Shown here piece after piece: positions 37,701-50,800 of a stretch of DNA of 64,000 nt. The DNA is from Scenedesmus sp. PABB004. Its lineage: Eukaryota. The notes under the pieces are model-generated. The model ran no database searches. It saw nothing but the letters and a program-made list of their open reading frames with translations, and was not told the origin of the DNA. How positions within the stretch are numbered: position 1 is the stretch's first letter; the number at the start of each line of letters is the position of its first letter. The stretch is from the NCBI GenBank assembly GCA_014905635.1, contig JABVCE010000007.1:1240001-1304000 (forward strand). Direction: 5' to 3'. Made by a program: the position numbers and the translations under genes.

Positions 37701-38607
37701 GGTCACGACCTGCGGCGGGGTGGGGGCGGAGCAGGAGCCGGAGCGGGGCTCGCCGCGCGCCGCGCGCCGGCTCAGCGAGGGCGGCGCCGCGGCCACGCCG
37801 CCGGCGCTCGCGCGGCAGGCCACGGCGGGCCCGCACCTGACCCGCGCGTCGAGCGACAGCCAGGACGGCACGCTGTTCGGCGGGCGGCGCTCGCTGAGCG
37901 AGAGCTTCCCCTCGCGCCCCGGCGCCGGCGGCCAGCTGGCGCGCCTCGGCGGCGCGGGCGGCAGCGGCGGCGCGCCGGGCAGCCCGGCGGCGTCGGATCA
38001 GTGGTTTGACCCAGGCGGCCACGTGCAGGCCGCGCAGGGCGAGGGCCACCCGCCGCTGCAGCAGCCGCAGCAGGCGCCAGGGCCGCCGGAGGCGCCGCAG
38101 CAGCGGCAGCCCCCGAGCTTGGCGCAGCGGCGGCGGCAGGGGCAGGTGCAGGTGCAGGACCCGGCGCTCTCGTTCGCAGCCGCGTCGTCGGGCAGCAGCG
38201 GCGACGGCGCGTCGGGCGGCTCGCCGACGGGCGGCAGCGGCGCGCGCACGCCGGCGCCGCAGGCCGCGTCCGCCGCCGCGTCGGCGGGCCCCTCGGTCGC
38301 CACGTCGGCGGCGGCGTCGGGCGCCGCGTCGCCCGCGCTGGGCTCGCCGCTCGCCGCCATGCGCAGCGGGCTGCGCAGCGCGGACGCGCTGCCGGCGCTG
38401 GCGGGCCCCGCCAGCGGGCGCTCGACGCCCGCCGCCGCCGCCACGCACAGCTACACGACGACCCGCACGCTGACCGAGGACGAGCTGACGGGCATGGGCG
38501 TGGGCACGGGCGGGCCCTCGGCCGGCAGCAGCGTCGCGACGTCGCCCAGCGTGGCGGCTGCGGCGGCCGCCGCCGCGCGCGCGCTGAACAGCGTGCGCTC
38601 GCTGTGA
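34744..38607 (+). CDS. DEP domain + transmembrane hairpin + DUF1769-like domain protein with low-complexity C-tail
   Basis: TFHGHQAVAYL...AVGLCQRLL...F.NDGELYRF (DEP); hydrophobic segments about 35710-35840; FESELFSG..FKGKKR..LQGTFKRPI..GQDF..FEPGLVWTF..YDL..HLDGQPL (DUF1769-like). The last exon joins via intron 37586-37673. Confidence 0.72.
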
Positions 38608-38764
38608 CGCCGCGCGCTTTTGTGCACACATGGTGTGGCGGGCTCGGGCGAGCGAGTTTTTTTGTCTGTAGGTGGGCCGGGGGGTTGCGGCGTCACCATC
38701 GTTGTCGCTGAACAGCCGCCGTGGACGGGCAGTGCGCGCGCGCGAGCGCCGGGAGGCGCGCGGC

Positions 38765-38769
38765 TGTAA
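38765..38769 (+). promoter_or_regulatory. TGTAA polyadenylation signal
   Basis: TGTAA about 160 nt after stop 38607. Confidence 0.55.
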
Positions 38770-39099
38770 ACACCAAGCGCGTCTACTGCTGCTGCTCGAT
38801 CCCCCGGCCGGCGCTCCCCCGATCTGCGATCGCCCTTGCGATGCGGCGGCACGCGGCAACCGCAGCGGGTTAAACTTTCGAAGCGCGGGTCGACAGCTCT
38901 GGCTGACAGCTCTGCGTGCTGCGCCCTGAGACCGTCCCCGGCACCAGGACCACGCAGAGACGCGTCGCGGTCGAGGGCGTGACGCCGGGCGCACGGGAGG
39001 GCTGGCTCGCGTCTTCGGTGCCCCCTGCCGCCCCGCGCGCGCCGCGTTCATGACCCCAACGCGCTGCTGCGGGTGCGTTGAGTGAGCCGCAACCAAGTC

Positions 39100-42000
39100 A
39101 TGGAGGAGCCGGAGGCGGCCGGCGCGCCGCAGAGCCAGCAGTGGACGGTGGCGTGGGAGCCGCCCGCTGCCGCGCCCCGGGCGCACGCGCGGCGCCAGGA
39201 CGACGGCGGGACGGACGCTGAACCCGTCGGAGATGCTCGTCCGGTGGCAGCCGTGCTGCAGCTGCAGCTCTTCGCGCCGGTGCGGCGCGCCGTCGGCCGC
39301 GACAACGGCCGCCGCTGCTGCCCGCCCCCGCGCCACGCTCACCGCCCGCCCCACCCGCCCCCCGCAGCACCCCACGCTCGACTTTGGCAGCCTGGCGGTG
39401 GGCGGCCACAAGACGCTGTACCTGCGCGCCGAGAACGCGACGCTGCTCACCCAGGTGCGCGGCCGCGCCCCCGCCCGCCGCGTCCGCGGCGGTTGCACCG
39501 CACAGCCGCGCGCACGCTCACGCCGCCGCTGCCGCCGCCGCAGCACCTGGCGGCGGAGAAGGTGCCCGTGGCGGACGGCTTCAGCCTGAGCGAGGACCCC
39601 GGCCTGGCGGGCGCGGCGAGCCTCAACTGGAGCGCGACCGTCGCGCCGCACAGCGCGGTCGTGCTGCCCGTGAGCTGGGCCCCGCCGCCGCGGGCGCGGT
39701 GTCCAAGCTGGTGGTGCTGAAGCTGGACGGCAAGCACCGCCTGCAGGTGAAGCTGCTCGGCAAGGCCGCGGCGCCGCAGCGGCGGCGGCCCGGCGACCAG
39801 GCGCTGCGCGGCGCGGCGCACGCGCGCGGCAGCGACGCGCCGCCCAGCCCGCGCGGCGCCAAGGCCGGCGCCGGCCCGGGCGCGCGGCCGCCGCCCGCGG
39901 CGGGCGGCCCGCCGCGTGGCCCCGCGGCGGCGGCCAAGCCGGGCGGCGACCAGGCGCCCGGCGGCTTCAAGGTCCCGCCCCGGCGCAGCGCGGCGGTGGG
40001 CAGCTCGCTGCGCCTCAAGCCGCCCGGCGCAGCAGCGGCCGCAGGCGCGCGGCCGCCGTCGGCCGCGCCGCGCGGCGCCGACGCGGCGGCGCGCAGGCCG
40101 GCGCAGCGCGCCGGCGCGGGCGCCGGCCCGCTCTCGCCGGCCTCGCCGCCGGCCAGGGCGCGCGCCCCGGGCGAGCTGGGCAGCCCCGGGGGCGAGGGCA
40201 GCGTGCGCTCGCTCGCGCTGACCGCGGGCGGCCGGCCGGCGGCCAAGGGCGCGGCGAGCCGGAGCGGCCGGCCGGCGAGCGCCGCCGGCGGCGCGGCCAA
40301 GGTGCCGAGCAGCGCGCGCAAGACCTTCCGATTCTTCCACACCGAGTGAGCGCCGACGCGCGGGGCGGCGCGGCAGGGAGGCAGGGGAGCGGCGCCCGCC
40401 CGCCCGCTCGGCCGCCGCCCCACGCCGGTCCGCACGGCCGCCCACGTGTGCGCCGCCGGCGCGCAGGCTGTGGATGGGCAAGCAGGACCGCGCGTTCACG
40501 GGCTGGCTCAACCACCTGCTGCTGCCCTACACGCCGGAGTACCTCCGCGCCGCGAGCGAGGGCGACACCTCGGCGGCGCTCACCGACCTGCGCCTCGCCG
40601 CGCGCGTCAAGGGCGCGATGCTCGCCGCGTACAGGCGCGTGCTGTTAGTTGTTGACACGCGCCGCGCACGCGGGCGGGCTGGCGGGCGCGGCGCCCCCGC
40701 GCCGGCGCCGCGCCTCGCGACGCCGCGCCGCGCTGCGCGGCGCCGCGCCGTGCAGGGGCGACCCGGAGGTGCGCGAGACGATGATGCGGGTGGAGGCCTG
40801 CATCGACGCGGGCAAGCTGCGCATGAAGCCCGAGGTGCGTGCGGCGCGGCATGGCTCCGCAGCCCCTCTCGCGGCGCGCCGCCGGCCCGCGCCCTGACGC
40901 CGCGGTCCGCGCCGCTGGCTGGCTGCAGCTGGTGCTGCTGGAGGACCTGGTGCAGCGCGCCGCGGTGCTGGACGTGCTGATGTCGTACAACCCCTTCTGG
41001 CTGCGCGTCGCGGTCGAGGTGGTCACGCAGCGCCCGCTGCACCCCGGCGGCGGCGGCAGCGGCCCCGGCGCGGCGGCGGGCGAGGCCCCCGGCACGCCCG
41101 GCGCGCCGCCGCGGCGCGCGCCCGGGTTCAGCGAGGCGATGCGCGCCTTCCTCACGGCGCACTTCCTCGGCGACCGCGACATGGCGGCCGAGGCCGAGGC
41201 GGGGCGCGGCGCGGCGCACTTCAACACGGAGCGCTACCTGGTGCGGCGCCGGGGCGCGCGCGCGCGCGCGGCGCCGGGGCGGCGCGCCCCCCAGCGGCGC
41301 GGCTCACGCGCCGGCCTCGTCCCGCCGGCGCCGCCTGCCAGGCTGAGCTGGGCACGCTCGTGCTGAAGCGCTTCCTGCTGCTCGTGCTGCTGCTCGACCG
41401 CGCGGCGACGCACCTGGCGGGCCCCCTGCGCACGCCGCTGCTCTTCCGCCTCGCCGGCAGCATCAAGAGCTCCAAGCAGGTGCGCCGCCGCCGCCGCCGC
41501 CGTCGTGCGCGGCGCGCAGCCGCGGGGCCCGACCCGCGCCGCCGCCGCACCGCGCCCGCCGCGCCCGGCGCGCCCGGCGCGCGCCGGCAGGCGGTGATGG
41601 AGTTCCTTCACGGCCGCCTCGTGGGCGAGGGCAACGTGGGGCGCCACCTCGAGCTGCTCGGCTACCGCCTGGCCTACAGCCAGAGCCCGCTCATGGAGTA
41701 CCCCTTTGCCGTGACCAACCTCGCGGTCGACCTGCGCGACGGGCTGCGCCTCATCAAGGTGGCAGAGGCGCTCACGGGTGCGGGCCGAGCTGGTGTCCGC
41801 GCCGAGCGGCGGCGCTGCCCCCGCCCGCCGCCCCGCGGCCGGCGGCGCCGACGCCGCCGCCGCCCGCCGCCGCCCGCCGCCGGCGCCGGCCGCAGGCGAC
41901 GAGTCGCTGCTGCCGCAGGCGCGCTTCCCGTCGGAGCGGCGCCCGATGCAGCTGCACAACACGGGCCTCGCGCTCTCCGCACTCGCCGGCGCGGGCGTGC

Positions 42001-45000
42001 CGCTCGGCGCGGTGCCGAGCAGCACCGGCCTGCTCGCGGTCAAGCCGGAGGCCATCGTCGACGGTGACCGCGAGGCCACGCTAGCGCTGCTCTGGGCGAT
42101 CGCGCGCACGCTGCAGCTCGGCGCGGTGCTGCGCCCCGGCACGCTGCGCGCCGAGGTGCAGCGCGTGCTCGCGCGCGCGTGCGCCGCGCCGCCGCCGCCG
42201 CTGCTGCCCGGGTGCGCCGGCGCGCGCGCGCCTGGCGGCGGCGCGGCGGCGGTGCCGCTGGCGGTCTACATGCACGACGAGCTCCTCTCGGCGCTCATGG
42301 AGTGGGTGCAGGCGGTCGCGCGCGCGCACGGCGTGGCCGTGCACAACTTCACGTCCTGCTTCGCCGACGGCGTCGTGCTCTGCCTCCTGGTGCGCGCGCC
42401 GCGCCGCGCGGCACGCGTTGCACCGCGCCGGCCGGAGGCGCGTGGGTGTGGCACCGGTTGCTGACTGCCGGGCTGCTGACGCCACGCCGCGGCTGCCCCT
42501 CGCTGCCCGCCCGCCACCAGGTGCACTACTACCTGCCAAACGCGGTGGACCTCGCCGCCGTCCACATCCCGCGGCAGCGCCGCCAGGAGGCGGCCGCGGC
42601 GGCGGCGCCGCCGCCCGCGCGCGACGACGACACGCCCGCCGACGCCGGCGACGGCGCGAGCTCGGCCGCCGGCAGCGCCGGCGCCGCCGCGCCGGGCGCG
42701 CCGGGCACGTGGCGCGGCGACGACGGCGCCGCGCCCGACGCGGCGGCGGTGTGGGGGGGCCCAAGGGCTGGTACGGCGAGTTTGACGCGGCGAGCTTTGG
42801 CGGCGGCGCGGAGGACCCCGGCGCGGAGGACGCGCGCGGCGTGGCGGCCAACTTCCGGCTCGTGCACCGCGCGGCCAAGGCGCTCGGCGGCGTGCCGGAG
42901 ATGCTCAGCGCGCGCGACTGGACGGCGCACGGGCCGGACGAGCGTGCGGTCATACTCTATGCTGCCTTCCTCGGCGCGCGCCTGCTCGAGTGCAGCCGCG
43001 ACGACCGCGCGGCGCACATCATCCAGAGCGCGTGGCGCGGCGCGCGCACCAAGACGGCCGGTGCGTGCGCGGCGGGGCGCGGCGCGGCGCGGCGGGGGCG
43101 GGGCCGCGGAGGCGGGACCGCGCCGCCGACCGCCGCGCGGCCGCCCCCAGGCATGGCGCGCGCGCACCTCAACCGCTGGGTCGCGGCGGCGGCGGTCATC
43201 CAGCGCGGCGTGCGCGCGTGGCTGCTGCGCCGGCGCCTCGCGGAGTGGCTGGCGGCGCAGCGCGGCGCGGCGCTGGCGCTGCAGGCGGCCTGGCACGGGC
43301 GCGCCGCGCGCGGGGAGCTCGCGGCGCAGGCGGCCGCCGCCGGCGCAATCCAGCGCGCGTGGCGCGGCGTGCGCGCCGCCCGCGCGGCGCGGCAGCAGCA
43401 GGCGGCGCTGATGATTCAGGCCTGCTGGCGCGCGCACGTCGCGCGCGCCGCCAACACGCGCATGGTGGCGCTGCTCGAGCGCGGCCTGGTGGCGTGCCGC
43501 GCGCTCAAGCTGGCGAGGTGGGCTGCGGCGTGGCGCCCGCGCGCGCTGCGGCCGCCCGCACGCCCGGCGGCGCGCCCGACGCGCCCCCCGCCGCCGCGCC
43601 GCCGCAGGCAGGAGAAGCGCGAGGCCGCCACCGCGCTGCAGGCGGCCTGGCGCGGGCGCACGGCGCGCGCAGAGCTGCTGGCGGCGCGCGGCGCGGCGGT
43701 CGTGCTGCAGGCGGCCTGGCGCGGGCGGCAGGCGCGGCTCAGGTGGGCGCTCGCCTGCGCCGCAGCGCAGCGGCGGGCGGCGGCTCGCCCGACACTCACA
43801 CGGCGCCCCGTTCCTGCTGCGACGCAGGCTCCGGCAGCAACGCGCGGCGGCGCTCGCGCTGCAGGCGGCCTGGCGCGGCCGCGCGCTGCGCCAGCAGCAC
43901 CGCCGCGTGTGCGAGGCGGGGCTCGCGCTGCAGGCGGCCTGGCAGGGCTTCAAGGTCCGCCAGGCGGTGCGGCAGAGCCACGCGTTCGCGACGTTCCTGC
44001 AGGCCTGCTGCCGCTGCCGCCGCGACCGCGCGGCGTTCCTGGCGGCGCGCCGCGCCGCGGTCGCGCTGCAGGCGGCGGCGCGCGGCGCGGCGGCGCGGCG
44101 CAGGCTGCAGCAGCTCCAGGCCGCGCGGCGCGCCTTGCAGGAGCAGCGCGCCGCGGCCACGGCCATCGCGGCGGCCTGGCGCGGCAGGGCGGCGCGGCGC
44201 ACCTTCGCACGGCAGCGGTCTGCCGCGCTGACCATCCAGGCTGCGTGGCGCGGCGCGGCCGCGCGCGGCGGCGTGCGCCGCCAGGCGGCGGCGGCCACAA
44301 CCATCGCGGCGGCGTGGCGCGCGCGGGCGGCGCGGGTGCGCCTCGCGCAGCTGCGCGCCGCGGCCGTACGGCTGCAGGCGCTCGTGCGCATGCGCCAGGC
44401 CCAGGCCGCGCTGCAGCGCCAGCGCGCCGCGGCGGTCGCGCTGCAGGCCGCCTGGCGCGCGCGCGACGCGCGGGCGCAGCTCGCGGCGCACCGCGCGGCG
44501 GCGACCATCCAGGCGCACTGGCGGCGCCACATGGCGCAGCGCGAGCTCCGGCGCGCGGTGCGGGCGGCGACGGTCATCCAGAGCTGCTGGCGCTGCCACG
44601 TGTGGAGCGCCGCGCGCGCGGACGCGACGGCCGCGGCGGTGGCGCTGCAGGCGGCGGCGCGCGGCCGCGCGGCGCGCACGGCCTACGCACGCCAGCGCGG
44701 CGCCGCGGTGGCGCTGCAGGCGGCGACGCGGGGCTGGCTGGCGCGGCGGGAGCTCGGCCGCCAGCGCGACGCCGCGGTGGCCATCCAGGCGGCCTGGCGG
44801 CGCCACGCGGCGCGGCAGCGCTTTGTCGAGGCGCGGCGCGCGGCGGTGCTGGTGCAGGCAGCCTGGCGGCGCCACGCGGCGCGCGCCAGCTTCCTGCGCC
44901 AGCGCGCCGCGGCGGTCGCGCTGCAGGCGGCCGCGCGCGGGCGCGCGGCGCGCGCGGAGCTGGCGGCGGCGCGCCGCGCGGCGGTCGCGCTGCAGGCCGC

Positions 45001-47634
45001 GGCGCGGGGCTGGCTGGCGCGGTGCGCGCTCGCGCGGCAGCGCGCCGCCGCCACGGCCATCCAGGCGGCAGTGCGGCGGCGCCAGGCGCAGGCGCGCCTC
45101 GCGGAGGCGCGCTCCGCGGCGGTGGCCATTCAGGCGGCGTGGCGCGGCGCCGCGGCGCGCGCCGAGCTCGGGCGCCAGCGCAGCGCGGCGGTGGCGATCC
45201 AGGCGGCCTGGCGACGCCACGCGGCGCGGCAGCGCTTTGTCGAGGCGCGGCGCGCGGCGGTGCTGGTGCAGGTTGCCTGGCGGCGCCACGCGGCGCGCGC
45301 CAGCTTCCTGCGCCAGCGCGACGCGGCGGTCGCGCTGCAGGCGGCCGCGCGCGGGCGCGCGGCGCGGGCCGCGCTGGCGCTCCGGCAGACCACCGCAGCG
45401 GCGGTCGCGCTGCAGGCGGCGTGGCGCGGGCGCCGCGTGCGCGCCGAGGCGGCGCGCCGCGCGGCGGCGGCGGCCGTCATCCAGCGCTGCGCGCGCGGCA
45501 TGCAGGGGCGCAAGCAGGCGCGGGTGAGCCCCGCCGCCGCCCGCCGCGGGCGCCCGGGGGGCCGCGCGCCGCCGCGGCCGGCCAGCTTACCCCGCCCGCC
45601 ACGCCGCGGCGCGCCCAGATGCGGCGCGAGTACGTGCGGACCGCGGGGGAGCTGCAGAAGATGCTGCTCATGCTCCACACGCGCTCCCGCGCGGCGACGA
45701 CGATCCAGGCCGCCTGGCGCGGCTGGCGGCAGCGCGCCGCGTTTGCGCCGGTCTGGCACGCGCACCGCACGCTCACGGCGGCCGGCGTGCTGCAGCGGGT
45801 GCGCCGCCCCGCCGTGCTCGGCAGCCGCGCGCGCCGCCCGCGCTTCTGCGGCGCGCCCACGCCCACCCGCCGCCGCGTCCGTCGCATTCGCAGGCGTGGC
45901 GGTGCGCGCGGGCGCGCGCGGAGCTGCCGCGCCTGCGGGCGGAGCTGCCGCGGCGCCGCGCGGTGGCCGCCTGGCGGCGCGCGCTGGCCGCGGCGCGCGC
46001 ACACCTGGCGGAGCAGCGCGCCGAGGCGGCGCGCCGCGAGGCCGCCGCGCTGGTGATCCAGAGCGCGGTGCGCGGCTGGCAGGTCCGGCGCGTGACGTCG
46101 CGCCAGCTCGCGGGCGTGCGGCGCTTCCAGGCGCTGTGGCGCGGGCACCGCGTGCGCAAGACCTGCGGCCGCGCGAGCCGGGACGCGCGGCGGCGCATCG
46201 CCGCCGTCAGCGCGGCGGCCGCGTCGGCGCCGCAGCGCCGCATCGGCGTGCGCACGCGCGAGGCGCTCGACGTGCTGCTCGCCAGCCGGCAGTGCTCCCA
46301 GGTGCGCGCCGCGCGCCGCCGCGCTCGCCGCCAGGCGCTGCAGCTCGCAGCGCGCCCACGGCGGCTCGCCGTGCTCACCGCGTCTGCTCCCCCCCCCCCC
46401 CCCCCAACAAACACACACACACACCGCCAGGTCATCACCGCGGTCGCCGCGATTGAGTTTTCCACGCGCTACTCGCGCGCGTGCTGCGCGCTCATGGTCG
46501 ACGCCGGCGGCGTCGCGGCGCTGCTGTCCTTCATGGCGAGCTGCAACCGCAGCCGCCCGCACGTCGAGATGCTCGGCCACGCGCTCGCGTGCCTCGCCAA
46601 CATCGCGCGCTGGCCGGAGCTGCTCCCCGGCGTGCTGACCGCGCCCGACTGCGTCATGGTGCTCAGCGAGCGGCTGCAGATGTTCCGCGACACCGAGGCG
46701 CGCGCGCGACGCTCGGCGGGAGGAGGGGGAGGGAGGGGCAGCCCAGCGCGCGGCGGCGGCGGGCGGGCGCCGGCCCACCCGCGCAGCTGACCGCCGCGTG
46801 GCCGCGTCCCCGCCGCGCAGGACATATTCATGGCGACCGTTGCCATCCTCGCCTGCCTCGTGCGCAGCGACGAGGGCGCGCTCGAGGCGGCGCGGCGCGC
46901 GCCGGGCGCGGTCAAGCTGTGGGAGGGCGTCGCGCAGCTGCTGGCGCGCAAGATGGACATGGAGCGGCGCTACATCGAACGGCTCGAGGGTGCGGCGCCG
47001 CGGGGGCGAGGCGGGGGGCTGGGGGCGGGGGCGGGGGCGGGGGCGGGGCGGGCAAGCGCGCGCGCGGCGCCGCTGACCGCCGCCAACCGCCGCTAACCGC
47101 CGCCGCTGACCGGCGCTGCGCGCAGGGCAAAAGGGCAGCGACGTGACGGCGCGCGAGGCGACGCGCAAGCTCGTGTCCGCCGCGACGCAGCTGGACGCGC
47201 TGCAGCAGGTGCTCGCGCGCGTCGAGTGCGTCGCGGCGGCGCACGGGCTCGAGCTGCCGCGCCTCGCGCGCCCGGGGCAGCCGGGCGGCGGGCACGGCGG
47301 CAGCGGCGGCGGCGCGGGCGAGGCGCGCGAGGGCGAGGAGCTGGTGCCGCGCAACCCCGCCGCCATCGCGGCGCCCAACCACTGGCAGCCCAAGAACACC
47401 ATCGTGCGCGGCGCGTTCAGGGAGAGCGTCGCCACGCGCGCGCACGCCGCCGCCGCGGCGAGCGCGGCCGCCGCGGCCGCAGCCGCGGCCGCCGCGCCAG
47501 CGGCCGGCGGCGACGCCGGGGCGCGCGGCGTCGCGGGGCCGGACGTGCTGCTGGCCGCGGTCCAGAAGCTGGGCTCCGCGGACCAGGAGCTGCGGGGCAG
47601 CGACCAGAGCCACAAGCAGAGCCGCGCGCGCTGA
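39100..47634 (+). CDS. ASPM: Abnormal spindle (Asp/ASPM) homologue: ASH domain, CH domains, long IQ array, C-terminal ARM-like region; two apparent 1-nt frameshifts
   Basis: KQDRAFTGWLN, LMSYNPFWLRVAVEVV, LKRFLLLVLLLDRA, VTNLAVDLRDGLRL, IVDGDREATLALLW, NFTSCFADG, many LQAAWRG IQ motifs, SCNRSRPH. Confidence 0.9.
43015..46150 (+). repeat. Tandem IQ-motif array (about 23-aa period) of ASPM
   Basis: Repeated AAVA[L/I]QAA[W/A]RG..AR units. Confidence 0.85.
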
Positions 47635-47757
47635 GCGGGGCGGCGGGGGGGATTTCATCTGGGCGGGGCGCACGGCCGTGGGCGTTGGCGGGCGGCGCAG
47701 CGGGTTGCGCAGCTGGGCTCCGCGGGGACGGGCCGGGTCTGTTCTGGCGCTGGGCGG

Positions 47758-47762
47758 TGTAA
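47758..47762 (+). promoter_or_regulatory. TGTAA polyadenylation signal (ASPM)
   Basis: TGTAA about 125 nt after stop 47634. Confidence 0.55.
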
Positions 47763-47898
47763 AGGTGTGGCGAGCTGCGAGCAACAGCCAGCCGCAGCAG
47801 AGCGCGGCGCGAGGCGTGACAGGCGAGCTGTGTGTGTGTGTCACGCGAGAGTTGCCGCCGACCCGCACCAGGCGCACCGCCCCAGCCCTCGCCGCGCC

Positions 47899-50800
47899 TC
47901 AGGCCAGCCCCAGCGCTGCCAGCACGTCGCCCACCGGCACGCTGCCGGTGCGGTCCCTGTCCATGCGCCGCCCCAGGCTGATCACCTGCCGTGCGCGAGC
48001 GAGGGCGGCGGGTGAGCGCGCGCACGGCTGCGGGCGGCCGCCGCCCAGCCGCCGTCCCGCGCCGCCGCGCAACGGACCTGGTGGCGCGTGAACTTGAGGC
48101 CCGCCGCCGCGAGCGCGCCCTCCAGCTGCTCGCTGGTCAGGAGGCCCTGCCCGCCTGCGGCCGCGGCCGCGAGCGCGCCGCGCACCGCGCCCGCGCGGCC
48201 TGCCGCCTGCGCGCGCAGCGAGCCGAGCGTGGCGTCGACGTCGGCCATGATGAAGATGTGGCTGTTGTTCTCCATGTAGGTCAGGCTGTACTCGTCCGCG
48301 CCCGTGAGCTCAAACAGGCGTCCAAACACGCTCAGCACGCCGCCGACGTACAGGTCCTGCGCGCCGCGCGGCGCGCCGCGTCGGCCGGCGCGCGCGCTGC
48401 CGGCGGCGGCGCGCGGGGCGCGTCGCGGCGCGCCCCCCGCGCCCCGTGCCTGGTGTGTGTAGATCTCCTCCGACGCGCCGGGCTTGTACACGCGCTGGCG
48501 CTCGAGGAACTTGCCGCCCACGATGCCGCTGTTGCGCAGGGGCGGCTCAAAGATGAGGAGGCTGTCGTCCATGAGGAAGTAGCTCAGCACAAAGCGCCGC
48601 CCCGCGTCGGACGCCGACACCGCCGACCCGGGCGCCATGGCGGCGGTGAAGCGCAGGATGATCTTGTCCTTGTTCATCAGCTTGTGCATGTCCTGTTGTT
48701 GGGTGGCAGCGGTGGTGGTGGAGGGAGGGAGGGGCGGCGGGGACCGCGGCCGCGCACACGGCGGCGGGGCGGCGAGTGTGGGCGGGCGGGCGAGCGAGGC
48801 GGGCGGCGGCGCGGGCCGGCGGCTGTGCCGCGACCGCGCCCCGCGCGCCTTCTTGGGCGGCTTGGGCACGAGCGCGACGCAGTTCTGGCGGCTGTCGTCG
48901 AGGCTGCCGTAGCCGTTGTACGGCGGCAGCGCCGGCCGCGGCAGCGGCGGGATGGGCTCCGCGACCGGCACCGCCTCGAGCGCCTCGGCGGGGAAGCCCA
49001 GCTCGGTCGCGTACCACTCGCGCGTGAAGGCGTCGCAGTCGTGCAGCAGGAAGGCCCGGCTGTGCACGTTGACGTACCCGCCCAGCCTGCCGCGCGTGGT
49101 GGCCCGCGGCGGGCGGGCGAGCGGGGCTCGGCCGGGGCGAGCACGCGCCGCGCGCGCGCGCGCGCCTGCAAGCGCCGACGGCCACGAGCGCGCGCGCGCG
49201 CGCGCGGTGCGCGCATGCCTGAAGTCGGCGGGCGCGTAGCACATGCTCTTGGGGACGCGGCCCGCGAGCGCCGCGTCGCGCGGCTTCTCGCGCGGCAGCG
49301 GGCCGCGCTTGAGGAACGCGGGGAAGGGGTCGCGCCCGCTGTTGCGCTCGTGCACCTGCGCGGCGCGCCCCGCCCACGGGCCGTCGGCGGCGCGCCCGCA
49401 GCGCGCCGCGCGCCGCGCGCGCTGGGCGCGCAGCGCCCGACGCGCCGTGCCGCCGCCGCCGCAAGGGGGCCCCGCGGCGGGCGGGCCCACCTCGAGCACC
49501 TCCACGGTGTCGTCCTCGAGGTAGTAGTGGACCACGTAGGGCCGGCGGTCGCCGAAGAGCCCCGGCCGGTCGTCCCAGAGCGCGTAGAAGCGCAGCACGC
49601 GCCCGCTCTGGCCCAGGAACTGGCGCAGCCGGTCGTCCTCGAGCAGGTGGCTCGGCTTGCCCAGGCGCGCCTCGACAAAGGTGGCGAGGTCGTTGCCCTT
49701 CTTCACTGCGGGCCGGCGCGGCGGCGCGCCGCGGCACGGCCGGGGCTCGGCGCTCGCGGCTGCAGCGCGCGCAGCGCGGCGGGAGCAGCCCGGAGCTCCG
49801 CTTTGATCCCTCTCCGTCTCGTGCGCGCGCGCGAACGCACCGGGCGTTGAGGAGAGGCCAAACTGCTCGCGGTACTGCTCCACCGGGTCGGCCGGGTACG
49901 TGCCCGCGGGGCCGAGCGCCACGTCGAGCTTGTCCGCGTACCTGCCGCGCGGCGGCGAGGCGGCGCATGGCGTCGGCGGCGGCGCACGGCGGCGCGCAGG
50001 GCGCGTCCCCGGCCGGGCAGGCCTGCGCGCCGCCGCCGGCCCTCGCCCGGCTGCTGCGCGGCTGGCGACTGCCTTGCCCCGCCGCGCCGCGCCGCCCACC
50101 ACGCGCGCGTGAAGGCGTCGGCGTCCAGCAGGCGGAAGGTGAGGCCGTAGAGGCTCACCTCGCCGCCGACGGCGAGGTCGGGCGGCGCGATGAGCCCGCC
50201 GCCGCCGGCGCGCTCCACCTGGTGGCGCCGCACAAGTACGCCCTGCGCCGGCGCGGCCGGCGGCGGCGGCGGCGGTCGGCGGCCGGCGCCGGCGGCCGCG
50301 CGCGGCCGGCTCACGCCCAGCGCGCACCTGGGGGATCCCGCTGTTGTCCTGCCTGGGCTCGGTCACCTGCGGCGGCGCGCGTCGCTCACACACGACCGCG
50401 GGCCGCGGAGCGCGCGCGGCGCGGCGCGCGCGCTGAGCTCCACCGCGCTGTGCGCGCTGAGCTCCGTGCGCGCGCGCGCGCGCGCCTGCAGCGTGTCGTC
50501 GGCCAGGTAGTACAGCACCACCACGCGGCGCACGCGGTGGGTCTCCGCCCTGCTCTCGGGCACGGCCTCCTCAAAGTAGCCGAAGAAGCGCAGCACCTGG
50601 CGCGCGCGGCGGCGCGGGGCGGCGCGGGGCGGCGCGGGGCGGCGCGGCGGCGCGCGGGTGTGGGCCCGGCGCGCTGGGGCGGCGTGGCGGCCGGGCCGGG
50701 CCGGGCCGGGCCGTCGCCGCTCGCCGCGCTCCCGGCGGGCAGGCCTCGCGGGCGTGCGTGCTGCGCGCGCCTCGCAGCACGCAGCGCCGCACCTGGCCGT

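Noticed and set aside
38872..38890. CHR-like TTCGAA/TTCAAA cell-cycle elements upstream of ASPM (and near 60051 for CTF8)
   Set aside because: Six-base matches are too weak to support without enrichment or conservation analysis.
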